Source: Octopus bimaculoides
Lineage: Eukaryota
Reading direction: 5' to 3'
NCBI RefSeq assembly: GCF_001194135.2
Contig: NC_068988.1
Span: 89,494,022 to 89,558,021, forward strand
Length of the DNA stretch: 64,000 bases
Notes under the pieces: model-generated
Database searches by the model: none
What the model saw: the letters and a program-made list of their open reading frames with translations, nothing else
What the model was told of the DNA's origin: nothing
Program-made: the position numbers and the translations under genes
In this document: positions 51,760 to 64,000 of the stretch, in pieces
How positions within the stretch are numbered: the first letter of the stretch is position 1
How the letters are laid out: each line of letters starts with the position of its first letter

Positions 51760-53758
51760 GTGTAACTATATCCGTCTGTAATATGTGGGTGTGTGGATGA
51801 TGGAGTGGGTCTGGGAAGTGGTCAGTGCTAGTGTATGGCGAGTGTAAGGTGGTGTGGTGATGTGTGGCGTTGAGGCGTTGGGAAGTAAGGGTTGTGTGTG
51901 CGTTTGGGGTGAGGGTGTTGGGTATGTGGGAGTGGGACGTCTAGGATTGGGTGTAGATGGAGGGGTTATCAATGAAGGGAGATGTGGCTTGGAGTGAAGA
52001 GAAGTATGTATCAGTGTAAGAGAAGAGAGGAGGGGTGTGTAAGATTGAAGAGAGGAAGTAGGTATCAGATGAAGAGAGAAGAGGAGGTAATCAGATGAAG
52101 AGAGGAGGGGAGTTGAGTCCATTTGGTGCAAAGGCGCGAGGAAAGAAGATTAATTCCTGTTCACGGCGAAGGCGGGAGTCCGTGTGGCCCCTGTGCAAAG
52201 GCATTCCGAACGACCGGTAGAAAAGAAATGGTGCGAGACCGGGTTGCCATTGCCGAGTTTAATGTCTCAGAGGAGCTTCACGACCCCGGTCAGCCAAGTG
52301 GCGTCCTGTTTGCCCGATATACACAGAAGGACAGAAAGAGCAGGAGATGCAGTAGATGACGTTCCCAGAAGTGTAAATAAATGAGTTGGTGATATGATAG
52401 GGACGATGATTAGTGCCTCTGAGAATGGTGGTGTTGTCCAGACAGGTGCAAGTGCGGTAATGTGGGTGGGACCAGGGTAGCAAGACACATTGGGAGGTGG
52501 AATTAGAGAAGAAGCTCTGGATCGGGAGGTAACGTACGCTGTGGGCTCGTTCGAAGGAGGGAAGGGATAGGTTGGGGAAGATATGCGGGGTCAAGGTGTC
52601 GGACTGGTGTCGCCGGAAGGATTGGAGAATGGTGCGTTAGAGGGATAGGTTGGAAAGGTGTCAGGTGAGGGGAAACGGGAGACGGGCAAAAGCAGGGCGG
52701 TTGCGGGAAGAGAGAGCAGAGGAACGATCTACAGAACGTGCTCTAGCAAGGATGGTGTGGATAGTAGTGAGGGTTATCCACGAAGGATGTTGTGTCAAGC
52801 CATGAATTAAAATTGAGTCTCAAAGTCACGGTTGTCACTGCAGAGCCTGCGCAGACGGAGGAATTGGGAGTAAGGGATGGAGAACTTGGTGTGGAAAGGG
52901 TGGTAGGAGGAGAATATGAGTTATGCGTGAGAGTCGGTGTGTTTGTAGTGTATGGAGGTAATGAGAGCGGAGTGGTGTATGTTGACTGAAATGTTGGGAA
53001 AGGCTACGGAAGTGTTGGAAATGGTGCAGGAGAATTCGAGGGCAGGGTAGAAAGATTGAACGGGAGAGCGAAATCTCACTGATACAGTAATCAATATAAC
53101 GACCGTATATTTCGGGAGTGGGACTAGCGAATCTTGTAAACATTTGGGGCTCAACGTAACCAACGAACAGGTTCGGTAAGTTGGGGCCTATTCTCGTTCC
53201 CATGACCACTCCCGAGAAATGTTGGTAAAAACGCCCCTGCGAACGAGCAGCAGTTGAGGGAGAGAACAAGTTCGGCCAAACGAAGAAGTGTGGACGTGTC
53301 AGGTTGGGGTCGAAAGTCTAAGAAATGTTTGAGGGCAAGAAGTCCTTCGTGGTGTGGGATCACCGTATATAGACTCTTGATATCAAGAGTGGAGAGAAGT
53401 TTAGAGGGACCAGGAGAGAAGGTGAAAGAGCTCAAGAGACGAAGAGCATGTTTAGTGTCGTGGATGTGTGAGGGGAGGGAAGCCACCAGAGGGGCAAGTA
53501 CATCATCGAGGTATTTAGAGCTGTTCCGCGAGGCAGGTACAGGAGGAGACGATGTAGCGTCCAGGGTTGTTGGGTTTGTGGATTTGGGGGTAGGAAGTAA
53601 ATGGCGAGGGTGCGAGTAGTGTGGACATTGTGGTTGGAGGCAGTGGTGTGAGACGGGAGACAGAGATGAAGTCATGGATCTTGAGGGACACAGTCTGTTG
53701 GTAGCTAGATGTGGGGTCGGAGGGCAAAGGGCAATAGAATGAGGTGTCTTGAAATTTG
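51760..53758 (-). mobile_element. Penelope-like element (RT + GIY-YIG endonuclease, Neptune-like linker), 5'-truncated pseudogene
   Basis: DTSFYCPLPSDPT; IHKPNNPGRYIVS; LSTLDIKSLYTVIP; GVVMGTRIGPN..NLFVGYVE; YGRYIDY; P(W)SHPH(Y)RTC linker; NVIYCISCSFCPSVYIGQTGRHLADR; a CT/CA-rich 3' tail. Confidence 0.93.
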
Positions 53759-53759
53759 C

Positions 53760-53995
53760 GGAGAGGCACATGGCCTAGTGATTAGAGCAGTGGACGTGTG
53801 TTCAGGGGAGCCTGGGCTCGAGTCAGACCGTACGATATGTGTGTTTATGAGCGAAACATCTAAGCTTCACACGACTCCGGCACAAGATAATGGCAAAGAT
53901 CAGCTGACTCTTTCGCCACAACTTTCTCTCACTCTAGTAGGTCACCTGCGACGGACCGGTGTCCCGTGCAGGTGGGGAAGGAATACACAACAACA
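53760..53995 (+). mobile_element. SINE-B-related, degenerate
   Basis: GGAGAGGCACATGGCCTAGTGATTAGAGCAGTGGAC head, GTGTTTATGAGCGAAACATCTAAGCT, CACAACTTTCTCTCACTC and CCTGCGACGGACCGG. Confidence 0.75.
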
Positions 53996-54044
53996 ACATG
54001 TGTAACATTGATAAAAATTAATAACTTTAATCCTATAACAAAAT

Positions 54045-54235
54045 GATTTCCAACTTAATCACAAGGCCCGCAATTTTAAGAGAAAGAGATTCGTCGACAA
54101 CATTAGCACAAGTAGTTAATTTTAACGCGCCTAACACCCGGAGGAATAAAAGGTCAATTTAATGCTGGCAGGATTTGAAGTAAACCCCTGTACGAGATAT
54201 CAGAAAGCATTTTGCCCGACAGTGTAATGAATGTG
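54045..54235 (-). mobile_element. SINE-A, highly degenerate
   Basis: TTCCAACTTAATCACAAGGCCCGCAATTTT...GGAATAAAAGGTCAATTT...GGCAGGATTTGAAG...AAGCATTTTGCCCG. Confidence 0.5.
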
Positions 54236-55756
54236 ATATTTCAACACCTTCTGTAACCTTAACTTCAGGAAATACAATAGCTATCCAGCCGGGAATTTTG
54301 CAATCCAGCCATGTTCCAAGAATATTTCATTTATGACAACTAGCGTATTCCAAATTAATTATCCCCATATTAGAATTATATATAAAATTTCACCAGGGAG
54401 AATTAAGTAAGTGTAATCAATTACTGATAAAATACCAATAAATATTCGCACTAGTTAAGCAGATACCTCATTCTCTGTCCATGTTGGCAGTATACAGAAA
54501 GACATCAATTTACAATAGATCAAATTTCGGTTGATATTAAATATTATGCGTGTATAGTTATTTCAATCGGTTACTTACACGCTAAAACAATTTCAATTTA
54601 TGTGAAACACTAGAACTTGTAAGACACCTACTCTCTAAATAAACATAACATCAATCTTACGTAAATGCATGGTCTGATGTCAACCAAGTTCTCGGGAGAA
54701 TTAATTTTTCCGACCGATATCAAAGCATTTGAAGGGATAGGAAGTTGCAAGCAATAGAATTGGTAACGTAAGCAATTGTATTATAGTCATACATGTGACT
54801 GCTTCTTATATATTGAGAGAATTATGCCATAACGTTCTATACTTCCTAGTTTTGCATCGGTGTTATAGTTTTGTTGGTGATGCGTTTTATCTTATGCTAT
54901 ACTGTTCCGTGAAAGAGTTGTGTTATAAAGATCAACATTGCTAAAATCAGTTTCATCGCAGGTAATATCAAATAAATCAAGACTAATAAATTTGATTACA
55001 TTATTTAAAATGGAAGAGAGTTATTGAGAAATTTTCCCCAAGCACTAAGGGTTTTTGTTGATTTTGTCGTTAGGGTGACATTGTCAAGAACCAGGATTTA
55101 AATTTTATATTTAAAAGAAAGAATTAGGGATTATGGATTTCAGGTACAAGTTTATTAATTATTTTATGGGAGGAATTCACAATCCGTCTGTTTCATTTTT
55201 ATTTTGTCACCTAATAATAAATGGCTGTCATCAAGATACAGAGGACCGTATAACAAATTGAACCGTATGTGCAACATGTGTAGTATGTTAGAGAATATAA
55301 AACCCTATCTCTTAACTGTGTAACGAGCTTACATAGCGATATCAAAGGTAAGACAGCCGTCTTCCTTAACCTGCGAATCACTGACAAATGACACTATCAT
55401 TTTTCCACTGTACGTAGTTTTCTTTCATTTCAGATTCACTAATAGGGTAGGCTTTTGGCTTGCTGTCAACATTTAATGGTGCTTGAATAAGATTTGGTTG
55501 TTGAAGTGAAATAATGTACAGTTCTGAAATTCTTGAATATCTATTGGTGTTCATGATTTATGTTATTGCACAATTTATTAACAGTTGATCCATTTAAACA
55601 TATGGAATATATGGATAAATGATACACGCACACACACATGTGAGGGTGTATGTGTGTGGGGAAGAGTGTGAATAATGTATGGTTACATTACTTGTCTATG
55701 CATGGTAAAACTCAAAAGCTTAATGTAGCTATGTTGCGCTATAATTGTACATTATG

Positions 55757-55945
55757 AAGGCAGGAATCTCGCTGAAGCGCTTGCACGCCGGACAAAAGTT
55801 TACCGGCATTTCGTCCATCTTTACATTCTGACTTCAAATTCCATCAAGTTCGACATCATCTTTTGTACTCGTGGGGTTGATGAAATATGTACCAGTTGAG
55901 CAAAGAAGTCGATGCCATCGACTATCTCCTACCAAATGTTTCAGT
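55757..55945 (+). mobile_element. SINE-A, diverged
   Basis: GCACGCCGGACAAAAG...GGCATTTCGTCCATCTTTACATTCTGACTTCAAATTCC...GTACCAGTTGAG. Confidence 0.78.
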
Positions 55946-56199
55946 CCTTTTCTCTATGGAAGATACGATTTTGATTCTATCTTACATTATGGTTAACATT
56001 CTCCTCAATTTTGCGGGGATTATAAAAATATATGACTCCGTATTTAAGATCATATACTCTTGTTCAATAGCTGTTTCTCTTTTTATTTTATCTATCTATA
56101 TATATATTTTTCAACTCTGGATAAAAGGAAACCAAGATATTATAGATCACAATCTAGATACATGTTAGACTAAACCAATACTATAAAATAAATGTACAA

Positions 56200-57050
56200 T
56201 TGTATCACCTGCGTAGAGATATTTTCTATCACAAAACAGACTTTCATAAGTATTTTCTTTGTCGCTGATTCTTGGAAGTTTTCGTATCTCTGCGGCAGTT
56301 TCCTGCACAACTATATAACTAACTTTTCTCTTCTGTCCATAACAAATATATCAAGCCTGCTATGTTTTTTTATTCAGCGGAAGATTTACTAGAATGTACA
56401 AATATTCTCTGTGTGTTTTCTGTATTAGAAATATTTTATATACTTCTCCAAGTGCAGTCTTCGTTAGAAGTGATATTGTGTATTGTTTTATCAACAGCAT
56501 CATCTAACATTTGAGTAGGAAAAACTCAATGACATTTGTAATTATTTTAAAGAAATTTTCTGATCTTCTATGTCAGATGCATAACAATGAGACGTTAGCA
56601 CTAACCATACATGACTAGTCTAATATCAGTTAATATGCGTTTCTTCTGCGGGTATCGGTAGTGTTTATTAGCGTTACTATTTCTTTAGAATCTTCCAGCA
56701 TATCGTAGTAATATTTTGCAGCTTTTAATAACAATTGAACAGATGTACTCCATAGCCCAGTCAATTATTCGAAATATTTGTTCTGCAAATTCATCGTGTA
56801 ATATTGTCTTCTTGTAAGACGAGAGCTCCGACTGACCTATGATTAGAGAATGATATATTATCATTTAGCCATGTAATATTTCTTCACCACATATTTGCAT
56901 GACATATTCAGCTAAATCATAGGTAATGGTACCACACAGTGTATGAAACAGAAAATATAGAGAAGCTACTAATATCTTTAATATATGGTATTTTGCCAGC
57001 AGTAACGTACGTAAAATTGTCCAGGAAGCAAGCAAAAGAGAACAGTAACC
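56200..57050 (-). mobile_element. Ancient PLE-type RT remnant (tentative)
   Basis: Fragmentary, frameshifted motifs CGTITYDLAEYV, LQNKYFE*LTG/AME, DIRLVMYG and TQRIFVHSS...KNIAGLIY occur in PLE RT order. Confidence 0.4.
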
Positions 57051-57566
57051 GTTTATATTATAAATCTATATTCACAAGAGTTTTCTGTGGAATCCTCTTT
57101 CTTCAGACAGTTTAGCTTTAGATGGAAAACGTTGTGTGGCATATCGTTTCACTTCCTCATTTCTACCTGGATTCTCGTTTGTCATCAAGATCTTGGATCA
57201 CAAGTGTCATGCAGAAATTCATTTTTATATACTTTGTAGAATTTATATGTAAAGAAGAAGAAAGAAGACTATAATTTTCTACAATATGAATGTCCACATA
57301 TTATTTATAGATATTATCTGAAATATTGCAGGCCAAAATATCATACATATATATACATCATACATATATATATGATATATATATATATATATANNNNNNN
57401 NNNNNNNNNNNNNNNNNNNNNNNNNNNNNNNNNNNNNNNNNNNNNNNNNNNNNNNNNNNNNNNNNNNNNNNNNNNNNNNNNNNNNNNNNNNNNNNNNNNN
57501 NNNNNNNNNNNNNNNNNNNNNNNNNNNNNNNNNNNNNNNNNNNNNNNNNNNNNNNNNNNNNNNNNN

Positions 57567-57598
<32 letters not shown>

Positions 57599-60500
57599 TA
57601 TATATATATATATGTGTGTTTGTACTTATACATATATATATATATATGCATACATATGTATATACTCATACACACATATATGCATACATATGCATGTATG
57701 TGTGTGGTTGTGTGTATATGTATGTGCTGTTGTGAAATTTCCTTCTTCAAAAGTTTCTTTTCCTTTGCGCCAATTTGTCATAGTCTGTACATCTCCTTTA
57801 TATTCGACGATACACCGAGGTCTTCCATTAAAAAATAGATTAGTTCCATTGTGTAAATCAAATTAGGAGTAGATTTAATCAGATCAAGCTTAGACTTCTC
57901 TTTCTACTTTCCTTATCAAAATTAGACCATTTCTCTATTCCTGTATAGCATGAGAGTTGTGGGTGAAAATATTCATCTTTACAATTGACATTGAGGTCAT
58001 ATCCCTTTAGGGAGGAACACAATTCGGTACAGTTTGTATGATTACATATTATAAAAGGTTTGGCAGTAAGTGGATGAAAAATATGATATATGAAGTATAG
58101 AGAGATACTGAGATGTCTTGAGAGTAAATGTGTAGATAGAGATAGCGGTGTATGAATAACAAAACAGACTGACTAATGTCATGATAGAGATGAATATAAA
58201 TGCACTGAAGACCACGCACAAATACACACACACACGCACTCGCACACACATATACACGATATATAATATATATCTATTAGTCTGTCTATCTATATATACG
58301 TGTTTATGTGTGTGTGCGTGTGTGTATGTATGTATATACATGTATGTTAACTTATAGATGAAACAATCAAATCACAGTTCAACTTATTATAATCCAAGTG
58401 TAATACAGAAGATGGCCAATCGAATACCTGTAAACAATTATAAATAATTAGGAGGTGCGATATTAATCTCAGGTAAATAATACGTCTGAAATACAATTTT
58501 GACACAACACATTGAAGCAAAAGCGCAACAAATTTGCAGTTCTTTCCTACACGTAATTTTCGTTTGTGCTACCCCCCCCCACACACACACGCACGCACAG
58601 ACTTACACACACACACACATACACACACAGAGACTTACACACACATACACACACACACACAACGACACACACACACATATTTATATGTATGGATATATAC
58701 GACTACACTCGGGACTAAGTGATTGAGAGCGAGCTTCTTTTCTTTTTCTTTTTTTTGTAAAGTTTTATGCAAAAACGATTTCGTCCACAAATTAAAGGAA
58801 TCATCAACATTTTGTAGTAGAGTACATATATTTGTAATGTGTCATACGTACACTTTGATACGGTCAACAAAAGATTTCCTTTGTACAAGAATGGATTTTT
58901 CGTACTGAGAATTGAAGCAGTTCACAGATAAAAAGCATCTTGGAATTCGGGCGAATGAAATATCAACAAAGAATATACGACTGCTACGTTTTCTATGCCA
59001 GTGGCGATGAAAATTCGACAGCTTCAAAAATATTATTTCCCTTAAGGAATGAGAATATCACAAAATGTAAATGAATCCTGAAAACACAAAGGAAACATTG
59101 CAATGAAAATGACTACACATATAGCAGGAGATGCAAAAGAACAGCGAAGGAACGAAGTGAGCATGCAAGTAACAGATCAACACAATTGTGCCTTCGCCTG
59201 GTGAAGACATTCACCATTGAAATACCTAATTTTGCATTCAGTACAAAACACCTTTAGCAGGCTTTCTTTTTAAGAAAACAACCATAGGTTCCTGACAACA
59301 TTACTGAATAAATGAAGGCCAATGTATAGGAAAGCATTGGGATAGATAATTCTTTTTTTTAATAGGCTGAATTCTTCGCCTTGATTTGTACTATATCTTG
59401 CTCATAGATGCACTAGTGTGCGACAATTCGTTTTAAGTCTTTGTCTGAGAATAACTTTTGTTCTTCTTTCTCCCCTATTTTGAAGGCCTCTGCATAACGT
59501 AACATCCCGTGTATCATCTCATTTTATATACACTTAAACATAAAAATATACAAGACTGCACCAGAAAGATAATGAAGTCAGACAGCCATTGATGACTTTA
59601 CACATAGCATGGAAAAAATAAGAATGTATACAGTTTATGTCCACAACATTACTCATAGCAACAAACGAAGCGATGATTCGAATCACATCGGTACATGCAG
59701 ATTAAACAATGGGGAAAACACAAAATAGACAAAAAACAAAATAGGATAATTCCATAACAAAATCAATAAACTCTGATCAATGCCGATCATTCGTTTACTG
59801 CGAGTAAGCAAATATGTAAAGGGTAAAAAAAACGAACTGCAATTGGTCCCTATAATTGCTTTTCACAGAAGCAAACACGAACCTTATCATGATAAATAAC
59901 TTAATTTACTCTGTAGCAGTTGCAGTATCGATACAAACCGGATCTTCTCCTAAGAGAAAAGGTTTTGTCTCACCAAAGCCCACCGAAAACACTGGACACA
60001 AGATCAACATTATAACTTCAGTGACACAATGAGATAATACATATGATTACAAGCTGAAACAGTATGGAAGCGGTTTCATGTGAAGGAGAAATAAATATAA
60101 AATAAGAAGAAAAAAACTGTGAATCAAAAACACTAAATTGTCCTGGAATTTAATACTGGATGAGACCCTTTGAAATACAAGAGCGTAACTTCCAATAGAA
60201 TCACGTATTTGAAAGCGAGAACATTCTAACGAGTTATAAAAATATTATGAATAATAACAATAGAAATCCTGTGCGAACCGAATATACAGAAGACATTAAA
60301 TATGCATAATGTGCAGGAAATGGGAGGGAATACAAAAGCATTACAACGCAAGAAGCATTAACCAAAACAATTAAAAACTGTATTCATAATAATACAAAAT
60401 AATATATTTTTAAAATAGGCAGCCTGAATTGATAAATTTCTTAATTTCTCATTTAAACTAATTACCAAGCATACATAAAGGTACACGCTATCTTGGATCC

Positions 60501-60674
60501 TTCTGAAAAAAGAAACTTCGACTATTTTAGTATTATAAACCATTTACATAACCAAAATTATATATACATTGAAAAAGCGGCACACACACTGCAAAATAAT
60601 TATCAGAAGCATATACTCTGATATATGTCTCTCTAAAGATACAGGATGATTAAAAACCGTAGGCGAGATATGAT

Positions 60675-60885
60675 ACTGGTTTCTAATTTTGTCGCAAGAG
60701 CCTGCAGATTTGTGGGAAGCGAACAAGTCAATTACATGGACGCTACTGAACAACTAGTACTTGTTTTATTGCGCCCAAAACAATGGCACGCAAAGTCGAC
60801 ATCGGTGGAATTTGATCTCAGAATGCAGAGAGTTGGAAGAAATGCCTTTAAGCGCTTTGTATGTAAGCCCTCCACCTCAGCTGAG
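60675..60885 (-). mobile_element. SINE-A, diverged, TGGTTTCTAATT-type 3' end
   Basis: GCAAAGTCGACATCGGTGGAATTTGATCTCAGAATG core. Confidence 0.75.
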
Positions 60886-61061
60886 ATATCATAATGAAAT
60901 GCAGGAATACACAGCAACATATTCTGAGATGTCTCCCAAGACCTTACTCCCAAAACATCGTCCAAAGTGAACATAAAATGGTAATCCAAGATACTTGAAA
61001 AGACAAATAAGGTTATAAATCTTATCAATAAAGGTAAACCATGTCTGGTCTAAAATATTCA

Positions 61062-61495
61062 TTACTAAACACACAAATATCCTTTTCTACTCTAGGCACA
61101 AAACCTGAAATTTTGGGTGAGTGGGGGCAGTCGATTAGATCGCACCAGTACACAACTGGTACTTAATTTTCCGAACGGATGAAAGGGAAAGTCGCCCCCG
61201 GTGGAATTTAAACTATGAACATAAACAGACGAAATAGCGCTGCTAAGGTTTCTTATTTCTTTATTGCCTACAAGGGCTAAATATACTGGAGACAAACAAG
61301 CACAGACAAAGGCATTAAGTCGATTACATTGACCCCAGTGCGTAACTGGTACTTAATTTATTGAAATGATGAAAGGCAAAGTCGACCTCGGCGGAATTTG
61401 AACTCAGAACATAACGACAGACGAAATACCGCTAAACATTTCGCCCGACGTGCTAACGTTTCTGCTAGCTCGCCGCCTTACTAAACACACAAATA
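61062..61495 (-). mobile_element. SINE-A dimer (61080-61477) bracketed by one 16-18 bp direct repeat
   Basis: TTACTAAACACACAAATA at 61062-61079 and 61478-61495. Inside is a full copy with an alternative 3' end (61477-61251), followed by a 5'-truncated copy (61250-61080). Confidence 0.9.
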
Positions 61496-62099
61496 CCAAA
61501 CCATGATTTTACATTTGATTTTTTAATTAAGCCTACTACGTACAATTTACATTCTGCTCACGATACCGCCACTTTAGCAATGCAACTGAAATGAAACATA
61601 TTTCATAGTCACTTTTTTTATACTGCTGCGCAAATTACAAGATCACATCTTTGTTATCTGTGACGACTATGGTACATATATAAAATAAGATATTCCTACA
61701 TTTCAGCAGATACAGTTACCTAGATAGGATCAGAGCACCACAGGACTCACGTGTCTATCCTTCCGGAACCTTTCCTCTCCCGACTAAATCTTCCAAGCAA
61801 AGTTTAATGACTGGTTATCTTTTCCATGTATAGTTGATTTGCAACCACATTTTCTCAAATTAATTTAAGGTCAGAATTCCCTTTTATACTTTCATATTTT
61901 CATCTTCTGATCGTTCCAATGATGAAAGAAATCCCTGGGGGTCCACTCAAAGCGACAGTGTTCTTTACACAGCACTTTCGTGCACTTCCACCGATTATAT
62001 CTTTTAGACATACCCACTTCCAGGCAGAGAAAAATATATTCTCGTAAAGAAATTTATGTGGTGGTCATTACAAAAAAAAATACGCCAACAAATGGAACA

Positions 62100-63150
62100 G
62101 ATACAGGCGAATTAACACCCATTCAGCATAGCTTAACATAGCAACTATGTTCGAAGAATGAACAAAAGAGGGCAGAACCGTGTTGTTGCTATTTGTGCAG
62201 TTGAATTAGTATGATTTATGGTGCTTCCTTGCCAGTAGAACTTATTCTAGACATATAATGGCTTCCAAAATCATTGCATCGTTAAGAAATAGTTTCTGGA
62301 CTGTATGTTCTCCGAAATAAATTACTCGATTGGTTTTATTGACTGTGCCTCAAGAGGTCTAATTGACACGCAATGTCTCGGCTAGAATGTTGTTTCCAGT
62401 TTAATCTGTGTCTATGTATTCCACAAACGACGTCGATCTACTGGTAAAGAGCTTCACATATGTGAGCACATTGCATATATCTTACGTGCAATCATTTGTA
62501 TTCAATGCTGAAGAACAAAACGTCACTGTTGTGATATTGATTGTAGGAATTAGACTTCCACTGGAGTTGGTGTTGGTGATGTTGATGTTGTTAACGGTAG
62601 ATTGCATGAGGTTGACTATTAGGGACCAGTGTTGGTGACTGAGGGGTCGTAGTGTTTCTGACATATATTTATCGGGCGGTTGTTGTTACGATATGTGTGA
62701 CACTTAGGATTTCTAATAGCCACGATAATGTTCCTTTTAATGGTACCAACGACATACACATAGTCACGAAACTTCTCAAAGATCTTCGGTTGTACATGGA
62801 TAAGAAGTTTCACTGGAATGGCAGAAATGTTTCCAAGAATGAGTCTTAACATTCAGAATTATCTCATCTCACTGTTCGAAAAGCATGGTACCAGCCAACG
62901 AATATTCAAATTTTGAAGCGCATGTAATGAAATATTTTTATCTCCATCATTCATTGCTCATATTATTTTCTGAACTGGAATGGATTCCGTACTTCTACAT
63001 TTTCCATATTGCCTAATTCGAGTGACACAATTATAATAATACAATTGACTCTCGGAAACGTCTTTATCAAAGTATACGTTTGAAGCTTTACAAGGAATCG
63101 AAGTCACAACTCCTCTCACAAAAGTTTTCAGTTGCTTACACAACGAAATA
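62100..63150 (+). mobile_element. Ancient CR1/L2-like LINE RT remnant (tentative)
   Basis: Fragmentary motifs KLLDWF, PQEVLIDTQ..G*NVVS, KDLRLYMDKKFHWN, WIPY...FE and LY..IRLKL occur in CR1-clan order, with many stops. Confidence 0.4.
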
Positions 63151-63539
63151 CAAATGGAAGTCTGCTAATAACAATTCCTTAAACATTTAACTGCACAACG
63201 CTCACACACACACACACACACGCACACACACACATACATAAACACACACGCGCGCGCGCGCGCGTACTGTAAGACACTTTGAAAACGGAGAAAAATTTGT
63301 GTTGCGCAGAGTTAATAATGATAAATAAATAAATAAATATGTGAACTTAAATTTCAGTTTTTTTTTTATTTGCCACAAGGACAAAGAAACACAATACAAG
63401 TCCTTGCAGAGCCAATTAGAGTTTCAGTGGTATTATTGTTCTTGCTGCATTTGTTGTACTTCCCCAAACATTTACAATAGAACGAGCATTAGGAATCGCT
63501 AGTTTACATTTACTATGGGTAAATATTTATACAAGGAAA

Positions 63540-63830
63540 CCACCAGCACCACCACCAACAACAGCAACAACACCAAAATAACAACTATAATACAAATACT
63601 GAACTACTACTACTACTACTACTCCTACTACTACTACTACTACTACTACTACTCTCAATGCGACTACTATAATACTATTAGTAAATAATAATAATAATAA
63701 TAATAATGATAATAATAATAATAATAATAATAATGATAATAATAATAATAATAATAATAATTATAATGATAATAATAATAATAATAATAATAATGGCGAT
63801 GGTGGTGGTGGTGGTAGTGGTGGTGATTAT
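63540..63830. repeat. Compound (CCA/CAA)n-(CTA)n-(AAT)n-(GGT)n trinucleotide microsatellite
   Basis: Read directly. Confidence 0.95.
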
Positions 63831-64000
63831 GATAAGTTGGTTTTCTAGAGAAGGTAAAGTCAAAAAATCCAATTATGATGAAATTCCTTCCGTTATTGCC
63901 ATAAGTCTATCGGGAACAAACAAATCTCCACACACTGAAGAGTGAGTCTCTTATTATTTGTCAGATCGATAAAGTAGTATTGGATTGATCTACGAGGGGT

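Noticed and set aside
58740-60400. Microsatellite-free, A-skewed 1.6-kb segment that might be a UTR or an ancient L1/Tx1 remnant
   Set aside because: There is no long ORF and only one doubtful motif (NHRFLTTLLN). It needs BLASTX or RNA-seq and is left unassigned.
63991-64000. TACGAGGGGT, resembling the start of a mariner TIR
   Set aside because: Only 10 bp at the window edge, so it cannot be verified.

Overview
AT-rich, microsatellite- and gap-riddled eukaryotic DNA, most likely octopus. That assignment rests on my recollection that the abundant SINEs here match Octopus genomic repeats; no search was run. I find no supportable host protein-coding exon, rRNA, standalone tRNA gene or CRISPR array, and nearly all ORF-track entries are microsatellite or N artefacts. 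The window is transposable-element debris. It holds more than 30 tRNA-derived SINE copies of about four families (labelled SINE-A to D here). It also holds decayed R4/Dong-clade, RTE and CR1-like LINE fragments, Penelope-like element (PLE) fragments with RT and GIY-YIG motifs, two DD37D-type mariner remnants and small MITEs. The best leads are: (1) a nearly intact minimal type I hammerhead ribozyme motif at 23950-23994; (2) an (AAT)n-anchored R4/Dong cluster with a ~550-bp non-coding element that may be its non-autonomous partner; (3) a SINE dimer bracketed by a single 16-18 bp TSD; (4) a SINE-derived ~230-bp satellite; and (5) a 159-bp fold-back hairpin. None of these is demonstrated to be a new host system. 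Boundaries of decayed elements are approximate.
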